The position numbers and the translations under genes were made by a program. A stretch of DNA of 62,772 nucleotides, counting the filler, from Chrysochromulina tobinii (Eukaryota): NCBI GenBank assembly GCA_001275005.1. It is 7 parts of 7 records of this genome, joined end to end, with 100 filler letters (N's around TTAATTAATTAA, not from the genome) between each part and the next. Parts side by side here need not be neighbours in the genome. Positions count along the whole stretch, not along the records: positions 13,551 to 24,480 come from JWZX01001133.1; positions 24,581 to 39,228 come from JWZX01001134.1; 5 more parts are not named here. One strand, written 5' to 3'. Position 1 is the stretch's first letter, and the number at the start of each line of letters is the position of its first letter. Below are positions 19,054 to 28,563 of the stretch, in pieces. The notes beneath the pieces were generated by a model. That model worked only from the letters and a program-made list of their open reading frames with translations. It had not been told where the DNA came from and did no database searches.

Positions 19054-21700
19054 ATGAACAGGGTTGCCTGGGTCGATGTGACTTGCACGGCGCCCGGCCC
19101 GACGAGGACTGCGGCCCGCCGCACGCTCCTCGTCAATGCGAGCGGCTACGCTTGCTCCGGCAACGGCTCGAACGGCGGCATCGTTGCCGTCATGGGCGCC
19201 AGCGGCTCCGGCAAGACGACGCTGCTAACGCTGCTCGCAGGCCACGCACAGGCAGACGCGGGGTCGATCAAGCTCAACGGCGGCCCATTGAGGTCGTCCT
19301 CTGTCGGCTTCCTCCCGCAGTTCGATTTCCTCTTCGAGTCGCTCACCGTTCTGGAGACGCTGCGCCTCGGCTCGTCGCTTCGCGGTGCGCGACTCTCGCC
19401 CTCACGGCACGACGAGCAGGATGACGCGCGGCTCCTCGCTCTGCTCACGCGCTTGGGCCTCGCGCACGTCGTCCACTCGCGCATCGGCCAGGCAAATGCC
19501 GCCGGCAAACGCCGAGGCATCTCGGGGGGCGAGCGCAAGCGCTGCGCCCTCGCGCTCGCGCTGCTGGACGCACCGCCGCTGCTCGTGCTCGATGAGCCTA
19601 CGAGTGGACTCGACGCGCGCGCGGCCGTCGACGTGCTGCGCGTGCTCTCGACGCTCACCGCCGAGCAGGCCGTCGTCATCTCGCTCCACCAGCCATCTGC
19701 CAGAGCGTTCGGGCTCGTGAGCCAGCTCATGCTGCTCGCGCCGGGCGGTCGGTCCCTCTTCTTCGGGGCGCCGTCCCGAGCACTCGAGCACTTCGCCAGC
19801 CTCGGCCGGCCCGTGCCGTCGTACACGAACCCGGCCGAGCACTACATCGAGCTCGCCGCCGATTCGGACGATCAAGAGCTGCAAGCGCTGCTGCTCGGAG
19901 CGGCGGACGAGGCGGCCACCGGCCAGAGCCTCGCGCGCGCGCTACTCGAGGCCCGACGCGGCGCCCAGGACGGCGCGGTCGAGGGCGCCCAGGACGGCGC
20001 AGCTGCGTCCGCCCCTCCGCCCCGACGCAGCCGCCGCTCCAACTCGAGGCTGCAACGGGTCTCCTATGACGACGTGGCCTTGGACGACGTGGCTTCCATC
20101 CCGGCCACCCCGGAGCGGCGCGCCTCCGTCGGCTTCGTGGCCCAGCTGCGTGCCCTCCATTGGCGCGCGACCACGCAGAACCGGCGCCACCCCGCCTTCA
20201 TGCGCGCGATGGCCTCGCGCTCGGTGATGATGGCCCTCATCGTGGGTCATCTGTACTCGGGGCTGGGCACCTCGCAGGCCTCGGTACAAGATCGGACCGG
20301 CGTACTCTACTTCGTCCTCGCCAATCAGATCATGTGAGGGCCTCTGATTACCTCGGATTTCCTCTGATTACCTCGCCAATCATATCATGTGATTTCCTCT
20401 GATTACGTGAGTGGCTCGGAGTGCCTCTCTGTGCGCCTTTGAGTACCTATGATTACCTCGGATTACCTCTGATCACCTCGGATTATCTCTGATTACCTCT
20501 GAGTACATATGATTATCTCTGAGTACCTCGGATTACCTATGATCACCTCGGATTATCTCTGATTACCTCTGAGTACATATGATTATCTCTGAGTACCTCG
20601 GATTACCTCGGATCACCTCGGATCGCCTCTGTTCCTCAGGTCGGCTTCGGGTTCGATCCGCACCTTCGTCGCCGAGCGCGACATTGCCGCACACGAGCTC
20701 CGTGCGGACCTCTACCGGCTGCCCGCCTACTTCGCCGCGCGCTCACTAGCCGAGGCGACGCTCCATTTGGGATTCGCGCTGCTCTTTGGCTTGCTCACGT
20801 AGGAGCTCCCAGTGACTCGCATGTGGCCTCTGAGTGACTCTCAGTGACTCTGATCGCGTCTCCGTTTCCCACAGTGCCTCTCATTGCTTTGAGTGCCACT
20901 GAGTGCCCCATAGTGCCTCGTATGGCCTCTGAGTGCCTCGTATGGCCTATGAGGGCCTCTCCGATCGCCTCATCGGGCAGGTATGCGCTCGTGGGCCTCG
21001 CGCCTACCGCTGAGCAGCTCGGCGTCTTCCTCACCATTGTCGTGCTCGTGACCCTGTGCGCCGAGTCGATCGTCGTGCTCGTCGGTGCGGCGATGCCTGA
21101 CGAGAGGAGTGCTGCCGTTGTCGGGCCGGTCGTCCTCGCACTCTTCATGGTACGCGCGCCAGTCTCTTCGTGAACGCCTCCGGTTGCAGATGGATTCAAG
21201 ATCTGTGAGAGTGCCTCCCTAATTGCCTCCCTAATTGCCTCCCTGATTGCCTCCTGATTGCCTCCCCGATTGCCTCCCTCATTGCCTCCATGCGTACCTC
21301 TTGACTACCTCCCTTCCCTTCACAGGTATGCGGCGGACTCTTTGTGAACGCGAAGAGCATGCCGACGCTCTTCCGCCTCTTCAACCATGCCAACCCCTTC
21401 TCGTACGCCTTCGCCGCGCTCCTGCAGAACGAGATGCGCAATCTGACGCTCAGCTGCGAGCCGCATGAGCTCATAGGACTGCCGCCGCCCGAGACGGCGT
21501 CCCTCAAGGCGGCGGCGGCCCTCCTGGGCGACCTCTGGCCGGCGCAGCGCTGCCCCACGCACACGGGCGAGGAGGTGATCGAGCGCATGGCCCTCGGCGG
21601 CTGGAGCGCCTCCCAGAATGCGGCCGCCCTCGTCCTCATGATCGTCGTCTACCGTGCGCTCGCGTTCGCGGCGCTGCGCGCGCGCTTCAAGAGACTGTGA
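19054..21700 (+). CDS. ABCG (White-like) half transporter; exons 19054-20333, 20640-20798, 20981-21149, 21326-21700
   Basis: Walker A GASGSGKTT, signature ISGGERKR, LDEPTSGLD and H-loop SLHQP. Spliced TMD reads TFVAERDIAAHELRADLYRLPAYF / YALVGL / VCGGLFVN...NPFSYAF. All three GT-AG introns keep frame. Confidence 0.92.
20334..20639 (+). repeat. Intron filled with ~10-bp GATTACCTC(G/T)/GAGTACCTC repeats
   Basis: Seen directly; related repeats in introns 20799-20980 (GAGTGCCTC) and 21150-21325 (12-bp GATTGCCTCCCT). Confidence 0.9.
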
Positions 21701-22104
21701 AGAACAGGACAGGACAGGAGCACGGGCCACACACGGTGGTTAGTACTTACCACAAAAGTAGCTCGTTGATAGCGGATTGTTCGACATCGGTTTACGAGTG
21801 ACCGAGTGCTGTGTTTGCCGCCACAGCGCGTAAACTCGACTGGGAATCGGCATTCCACATCCTCCCTGCACAGACGCTAGAGGGGCACTTTTTCGTGCCC
21901 CCCCAAATTTCCGAGAAGGCGCGAAGTGGTCAAGATTTATTAACAGCCCATTCACACACGTAAAAGTGCCGCCTTTGTGTCTGTGTGAGCGCCTCCCACG
22001 CACGCCTTTTTCGGGGCTTGTGGGTGTGTGTCTGGCCGAGAGGGCCCTGAAACGAACGAACGAACGAACGTAAAAGTGACGATCCGTCCCTCGCGTCGGA
22101 GAGG

Positions 22105-23484
22105 ATGACGGTTTTGATGCGTGCCTTGTTGGTGACAACCGCGTGCTGGGCGTGGACCCCACACACACTGTCTGTCCCCTCGATGACGCCGACATGCTGG
22201 CGTCAGCCCATGATTGTGGCATCGGGTAGCCCAGGCGAATGGTGGCGGCGAGCAGCCCGCCGTGGCGGCAGGAATGAGCGACCAGGCCAAGCAGCAGCCG
22301 GACCGCAGCGAGCACCATCCGCCCCGAGCGGCGATGAGCGCATTAGTGGTGGCCAGCGCCGCGTATTCGTACCGTGGCTGCTCAACAGCTACACTGGCGA
22401 GCTCGTCGAGCTAGCAGTTACGCTCATTCTCGCGCTCTCGCCGCTCTGGGTTGGCTTTTTCGCCTCACAGCTCATTTCGGCGTACGCGATCCCGTCGCGT
22501 TCTATGGATGAAACTTTGAAGGTTGGCGACGTCGTGCTCGCCGAGAAGGTGTCGTCAATGCTGCACCTGCCGTTGGAGCGCGGAGATCTGATCTTCTTCC
22601 GGCCGCCGCAGGAATTGTCGGAGATTGTGTCCGAGAGCGGCTTGCGCGTGGGCTCACGCGATCGGTTCGTCAAGCGCGTGGCGGCGATCGCGGGCGATCG
22701 GGTACAGCTCGACGAGACAGGTCGCACCGTCCTCATCAATGGCGTGCCGCGCGCGCCGCCGCCGCTCGCGTGTCCCTCCGAGCCGCCACCGGCCCTCTCG
22801 CTAGCGCCCGTTGCGGCGAGCGCAGCCGGCGAGATCGAGCTTGACGAAACGAGCCCGCGAGCTCGTGCGGGCGGGATCGAGGCGCTCGTGGCGCTTGCAC
22901 GCGACGGCGACGCCTACGGCAAGGCGGCGGCGAGCTCGGCCGACGCCCTTTCCAGCGCGGTGTCGAGCGAAGTGGATGCGGAGGTGGTTGCGCGTGTGCA
23001 GGCGATGCTCGACGCGGGAAAGGTCTCTAGAGGGGAGGCCGTCGCCTTGTTGCGCGAGGTGTCGCCGCCCGCGCGCGAGTCTGCTGAGGGCGCCGCCGAG
23101 GCTGCACGACGCCGAGCGAGCGCGCGAATCTTTGGGAACGTGGAGCAGCGTGCAGTGGACCCTCGACTCTTCGGCAGCGGCAGCGGCGGCGACGGCGCCG
23201 GCGTGGGCGCCATGGCGGGTGGCGCCATGGCGGGCGGCGCCCCGTACACCCTCACGATCCGAAAAGGTGAGGTGTTCGTGCTGGGCGACTGTGAGGCACG
23301 CTCGACGGACTCGCGTGCATGGGGCCCCCTGGCCGAGAGCGAAGTCGTGGCGCGACCAGTCGTGCGTGTGTGGCCCCTCGACCGATACGGCGCCATCGAG
23401 ACGACCGCGGACCTCAATCCCTTTCGACGAGCGCTCGAGCAGGGGCGGCGTGCACTCGAGCAGGCTGCCTTCCCCTCGCTGTGA
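22105..23484 (+). CDS. Signal peptidase I (S26), probably plastid/thylakoid processing peptidase-like, with large Ala-rich insert
   Basis: Box B IPSRSMDETL (catalytic Ser), box D FVKRV (catalytic Lys), box E VLGDCEARSTDSRAWGP; signal peptide plus transit-like N-terminus. Confidence 0.87.
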   Translation: MTVLMRALLVTTACWAWTPHTLSVPSMTPTCWRQPMIVASGSPGEWWRRAARRGGRNERPGQAAAGPQRAPSAPSGDERISGGQRRVFVPWLLNSYTGELVELAVTLILALSPLWVGFFASQLISAYAIPSRSMDETLKVGDVVLAEKVSSMLHLPLERGDLIFFRPPQELSEIVSESGLRVGSRDRFVKRVAAIAGDRVQLDETGRTVLINGVPRAPPPLACPSEPPPALSLAPVAASAAGEIELDETSPRARAGGIEALVALARDGDAYGKAAASSADALSSAVSSEVDAEVVARVQAMLDAGKVSRGEAVALLREVSPPARESAEGAAEAARRRASARIFGNVEQRAVDPRLFGSGSGGDGAGVGAMAGGAMAGGAPYTLTIRKGEVFVLGDCEARSTDSRAWGPLAESEVVARPVVRVWPLDRYGAIETTADLNPFRRALEQGRRALEQAAFPSL

Positions 23485-24314
23485 AGAGGGCGCGACGAGA
23501 GCGCGCGCGCTCGGCTCCAGTATGCAGGCGCTGGGCTTTCGCTGTACCCCTGGCTGTACCGCTCTACATTTTGTGGCGTCTATTTCACGGTCGCCACAGT
23601 GGATCGGGTAGCGCGCGTCAGCCGACCCGACGGGGCGCCCGATCAACTGATATGTGCTTCAGTTTTAGTTTTGCAATCATGCTTAGAGTCTTTCCCACAT
23701 ATCCGCCCTTGTGGCCCTTACAGCCACACCATTGGCCACATCTCTCGCCAACCAAACTTGTAAACTTCGACCAAGCTGAGCGAATCTTGCTGGCTACCAT
23801 CGACGCGGCCCCTAAAGTGGTACATGCAGACATGCAGGCCGAGGAGCCGGAACCGATACTCGAAACGTCGGACGAGCTGAGCACTTCCGTGCCGGCTCGC
23901 CAGTGCGTGTATCACGATCGGATGCACTCGGAGCGGGTGGTCTCTGTTGGCGCCGCAATCGTCGCTGGCGGCGAGCGCAGCAGCATCCTCATTCGCGTCG
24001 AGCGTTTCCGTCTGACGGAGCATCGAGCAGAGGCCCGTGAGAGAAAAGAGTACGAGAGCATAGTACTTGAGCAACGTCAGGGACTTCACCTCGTGGGGTA
24101 GACGTTCGCGGTGGTTCCTAAACTTATCGGGCTCATACGTAGAGGGCATGAAGAGGATCGTGCCGTTAAAGGAGTCGACGCATCGGGCAGCGATTGCTGG
24201 CCCGCATAGCATGCCATGAAAGGCCGAGTAGGCGCTTGCGCCGAGCGCGGGCTGGAGAAGACGCATCGGAGTCAATTCACAGTCCGCAGTCAAGCAAATG
24301 TTTTGGAGGTTGTT

Positions 24315-24393
24315 GCTCAACCCGGACTTACTTGGTGACGTTATGCTCAACCCGGACTTAGCAAGTCCGGGTTGCGCTAAGTCCGGGTTGAGC
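24315..24393. repeat. Nested palindrome: GCTCAACCCGGACTTA twice forward, then twice in reverse
   Basis: Forward copies 24315-24330 and 24345-24360; reverse copies 24363-24374 (partial) and 24378-24393. Confidence 0.85.
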
Positions 24394-24615
24394 ACGCGGG
24401 AAAGAGTGACTACTTGAGTAGTGGTGAGTAACCTTAGACGTCGCACGCGGAGTGCGCAAAGGGTGTTCTAGACAGACAACNNNNNNNNNNNNNNNNNNNN
24501 NNNNNNNNNNNNNNNNNNNNNNNNTTAATTAATTAANNNNNNNNNNNNNNNNNNNNNNNNNNNNNNNNNNNNNNNNNNNNAACGTGTTTAGGCTTTACTA
24601 ACGACCCGCATTCAT

Positions 24616-26826
24616 TCATTTGTCGGAAAGCGACGCGCTTGGTTTCACCCTGGCATGCAACACGTCCGAGAAGTGTTCCGCCGTCCGCTCTGTGACAATG
24701 AGTTCGGGCTGGGGCAGGCGAGCAGTGATGTCCTGGAGCCGCACACACATTGCCAGCTGGTAGCCCGAGAGTAAAATACCTGCACGCTTGGCCACCATGG
24801 GCACGTTGCTGCCTCTCTTGCCCTCACCCTCGACGATTCGGATCATGATCTCATCGTTCAATACTAGATTACCTTCCTTGTCCGTGGCAATAGTTTTAGC
24901 TTGTGCGCGAGCGCTTCCATCCATTCGGGAGGGCGGGATGGTCAACTCACACTTGGTGCGAATGCCGTGCCAGGTGATGGTGCGCACCTGCCCAAGATAC
25001 GTGAACTCAAGCCGCGCCCCCCTCCAGAGGTAAAGCACCTTGGAGAGGGCCACCCGGTCGCTCATCCCCCACTCGGAGTTCTCCATGAGCTCGAGTTCAT
25101 GCTCGATGGTTGGGAGCGTCGGGCATGCATGCAGCCGGAGCGTTGCCGGCGTGTCGCGCAGCACCTGCTCGCATGCAAAGAGGTGTAGGCGCACCGCCGT
25201 CACCTCGTCTAAGCTCGGATCCGACATCACACAAAAGTGGCCCGAGTAGGGTACCTCGATGTGCACCCGATCGGCCTCAAAGTGACATGCCGCTCGGCCT
25301 GTCGAGGCCGCGCGCTCGACAGCCGAGGCATCGCGCAGATCGACTCGCTCCCACTTCTCCGAGCCGAGCGGCGCTCCGAGGACGACGCACGTGGACCCCG
25401 CGGACGCGGGCTCGAAGCAGTGCGGGATGATGAGCGTCAGCGGCTTTTCAAAGGGAACTCGTGATGCAGAAGGATTGGGGAAGGGACCAACGCCATCATC
25501 ATGGGCAGGGTAGACAATCTGCACGATCTCAGACTGATAGTGCACGAAGGGTTGGGAAGATTGGTCCTGTGCATCGTTCATACCCTCAAGCAGGTACGAA
25601 ACGGAGCTCGGGGCGAATGTCTTCAGAGCAATCTTGCAATGGGAGGATGCCGCTGGGTTCTGCTCCTCCCGCAAGGTGGTGCTCCCCACGAGCGCACCAT
25701 GAGGGATCTCGACCTGCAGCCCAAGTTTGCCCATATTGAGGCGAGAGCCGCGGCCGCGGCCGTTCCCAAGATCTGCAACCCCCGGCACGAGCATCGGAGG
25801 GAACACCGCCTCCGTCGCCCGCTCCGCGATCAGCCCATGCAGGTTGCGCATGTTGGTCTTTTCAAGCAACAAATTTCGCATCCATGGCACCATCTCCCCG
25901 ACGTACTGCACAAAATGCGGCAGTGACACGCCACCCTCGTCGTCACCGTGGCCTCCCGGCAGCCTCGCCAGCCGCGCGAGCTCCACATCCACGAATCGCT
26001 CGATCAGCTGCTCGCTGCAGTCCAACTCATCGAGGCGAAGGTCCCTGTGCAACCGCAGCAGCTCTAGGTGCTCAATCCTGCCGTTACCGTTCACGTCATA
26101 CATATCGAAGAGGAAACGGGCCATGCGTGCCGACTGCTCCACCTGAAGCGGGCCACGCTCCCAGCCCACGTGAATGTCCCACGGCTGTAAGCACCACGCG
26201 CAGGTCTTGTGCAGCGAAAAGGTCTCGCCGTTCATGAGCTCCGACACCTCGCCAACCAGCGTGATGCCGAAGAGCTTGCGGTTGCCAAGTGCGTCGCCGA
26301 TGCGTGCTTCAATTACCGATATTAGCTCGAGGAACCGGATGGATTCCACCACGTCCAACATATAGAAGCGGCGCTCGTGCTCGTCCTCGCTGTGCACTCG
26401 ACTGTGCACGGTCACACGAATGGTGACGTGCGCCATGGTCGAGTACATCATCTTGCGTGCATGATACTCCGCGTCGAGCTTCGCAGCGGCGCGTTTGTCA
26501 GCAGCGAGGATCGCACTCCTCACCGGGAGTGCAATCTCATCCTGCGACGACTCGTCGTACGAGCTGGGTGCTAGGAGCGTCTCGAAAGAGGATTTCTCAA
26601 TTTGCGACGGGTGGTTCTTTTTGGAGAGACGAAATGTGCTGCCCTTGGTGAGACGAGACGACATTGTGCGCTCCGCCTGGGGGTCCACCAAAGCCTCCAC
26701 CTTGTCCTCGACCAGTGCCGCAGCTTGTAGCTGGGCACGAGTTGCCGTAAGGGACCCTGTGCTCATATATAAATTGGTCTCGTAGAACATTGCGAATAAT
26801 TTTGTTCTGTTTTGTTTCGCTTGCAT
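24616..26826 (-). CDS. EF-hand + ZU5/UPA-like multidomain protein (3' end probably incomplete, start uncertain)
   Basis: EF-hand FDMYDVNGNGRIEHLEL; ZU5-like LGLQVEIPHGAL...SEIVQI...PFEKPLTLIIPHCF...VHIEVPYSGHFCV. Confidence 0.65.
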   Translation of the reverse strand: MQAKQNRTKLFAMFYETNLYMSTGSLTATRAQLQAAALVEDKVEALVDPQAERTMSSRLTKGSTFRLSKKNHPSQIEKSSFETLLAPSSYDESSQDEIALPVRSAILAADKRAAAKLDAEYHARKMMYSTMAHVTIRVTVHSRVHSEDEHERRFYMLDVVESIRFLELISVIEARIGDALGNRKLFGITLVGEVSELMNGETFSLHKTCAWCLQPWDIHVGWERGPLQVEQSARMARFLFDMYDVNGNGRIEHLELLRLHRDLRLDELDCSEQLIERFVDVELARLARLPGGHGDDEGGVSLPHFVQYVGEMVPWMRNLLLEKTNMRNLHGLIAERATEAVFPPMLVPGVADLGNGRGRGSRLNMGKLGLQVEIPHGALVGSTTLREEQNPAASSHCKIALKTFAPSSVSYLLEGMNDAQDQSSQPFVHYQSEIVQIVYPAHDDGVGPFPNPSASRVPFEKPLTLIIPHCFEPASAGSTCVVLGAPLGSEKWERVDLRDASAVERAASTGRAACHFEADRVHIEVPYSGHFCVMSDPSLDEVTAVRLHLFACEQVLRDTPATLRLHACPTLPTIEHELELMENSEWGMSDRVALSKVLYLWRGARLEFTYLGQVRTITWHGIRTKCELTIPPSRMDGSARAQAKTIATDKEGNLVLNDEIMIRIVEGEGKRGSNVPMVAKRAGILLSGYQLAMCVRLQDITARLPQPELIVTERTAEHFSDVLHARVKPSASLSDK

Positions 26827-26984
26827 GTAGATTCACGAACGGCTTAGTGTACTTGTAGTCCTTAACCGTTCATGGTCGGGCTTCATTCAGGTCCCAAGCT
26901 CACAAGTACATTTCGCTGTTGTACTTTGTAACCGTCGTCGATGATTCCGCTTCACCAAAGGGATCAAAGATTCTTCCGCAAGAA

Positions 26985-27911
26985 ATGGTGTTGGCGGTGC
27001 TTATCATGCCGGCCGTGCTCGGCGCCCAGCTCGCGACCGTTAGACAACCAGTGCGGCTGCACACGATCAACGTCGGTAGTCGTGCGCTGACGACGGAACC
27101 GGCCATCGTAGTGCTGCACGGGCTACTTGGCAGTGGGAGCAACTTTGCAACATGGGCCAAAGCGCTGGCCAACTCATGCGATGCGGAGGGCAAACCACGG
27201 CGAGTCCTGTTGGCCGACTTGCGCAACCACGGCGAGTCGGCGCATCGCAACGAGATGGACTTCAATGACATGGCGTCAGATGTTGTCCACATGCTCAATG
27301 AGGAGGGCATCGATCGTGCTGTGCTCTTTGGGCACTCAATTGGTGGCAAGGTGGCGATGGCTACGGCTTTACTTCATCGAGAGCGTGTCGAGCGCCTGTG
27401 CGTGATTGACATCGCACCCACCACCTATGAAGAATCGGAGGAGCAGTGGGCCTCCGTAGTCAGCGTGGTGTCCGCGATGCGTTCAGTGAACCTGGGCATT
27501 TGTGCCACGAAGAAGGACGTCGACCTGCAGCTCGCACGCAGCGTCAGCGATCCAAGCCTTCGCGCCTTTGTTCTAACAAACTTGCTACGCACGCCGACTC
27601 TTGCTGGAGGCAACATATTCAGCTGGCGTGTCAATCTGGCGTCGATTGAGAGCTCCTTGTCCGTCCTTGCTGGCTGGAAGGTTGAGAGCGCGGACGGCTC
27701 TCCATACTCGGGCAACACGCTCTTCATCGCGGGCGGCAAGTCGCGGTTCTTGCGGTCCAGCCACCTTCCGGCAATTCAGACCAGTTTCGAGCGCTTTTCG
27801 CTTTCAACCATTCGCAGCGCAGCACATTGGGTCCACGCAGACGAGCCCGAGGCACTTCTCGTCATCGCGTCCAACTTCCTCGCTGCGCCTGCGCCCTCTT
27901 CGGAAAATTAG
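26985..27911 (+). CDS. Alpha/beta hydrolase, ABHD11/YbfF-like esterase
   Basis: LHGLLGSGSNF, DLRNHGES, nucleophile GHSIGGKVAM, VIDIAP and HWVHADEP. Confidence 0.9.
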   Translation: MVLAVLIMPAVLGAQLATVRQPVRLHTINVGSRALTTEPAIVVLHGLLGSGSNFATWAKALANSCDAEGKPRRVLLADLRNHGESAHRNEMDFNDMASDVVHMLNEEGIDRAVLFGHSIGGKVAMATALLHRERVERLCVIDIAPTTYEESEEQWASVVSVVSAMRSVNLGICATKKDVDLQLARSVSDPSLRAFVLTNLLRTPTLAGGNIFSWRVNLASIESSLSVLAGWKVESADGSPYSGNTLFIAGGKSRFLRSSHLPAIQTSFERFSLSTIRSAAHWVHADEPEALLVIASNFLAAPAPSSEN

Positions 27912-28563
27912 ATGGTGATTGAACACGTGTGATATGACACGATAGTAAAGTGTCAAGCTGACACAAGCTTATGTATTGTTGAGCTATGCTATGTAGGACG
28001 GACGCCGAAAGGAATCGGCCACGCGCCGCTCACACGCGACCCGCCTCGAGCGCCCTGAACGGAAACACGAGTCGTCATCGTGTTCGCACTGCTGCATACC
28101 CAGTTTGGGTATGCATCTCGATTGTACTTGCATTTGTTTCGGAAAAATGAGATTTCAAGTCCCGGTATCCAACCCGCTCAAATTGTGTGCATGCCGTGCT
28201 GACAAAGACGCAGCTGGCAATGCGCTGCTCACCGCCGCAACGGCTGCTGATGCGGCTGAGCCCAGCCGCACCAGCGCTACAATGGAGAGGAGAAGCGCAG
28301 CGCCGATGGTGATATATGCGAGCGCCCTGTGGCCGCCTTGTCCCGTCACTGCGTGCGGACCGTTGACGTAGAATTTGGTGCCAGAGGACCCAATGAATTT
28401 GGTGCCAGAGGAACCAATGCCCGACATTGCCTTTTCTGCATGTGAATTTGCGAGAGAGACTTGTGATCACCACTCCATCGAGCAGGCGACTACAATCCTT
28501 CTCTCTTGATGCTCGAAGCCTTTCTGTCAGTAGCGCCCACGAGAACGCCCTCCTTGGCTCTAC

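Noticed and set aside
23678..24290. Overlapping ORFs on both strands downstream of the peptidase
   Set aside because: No recognisable motif, and the coding strand could not be decided.
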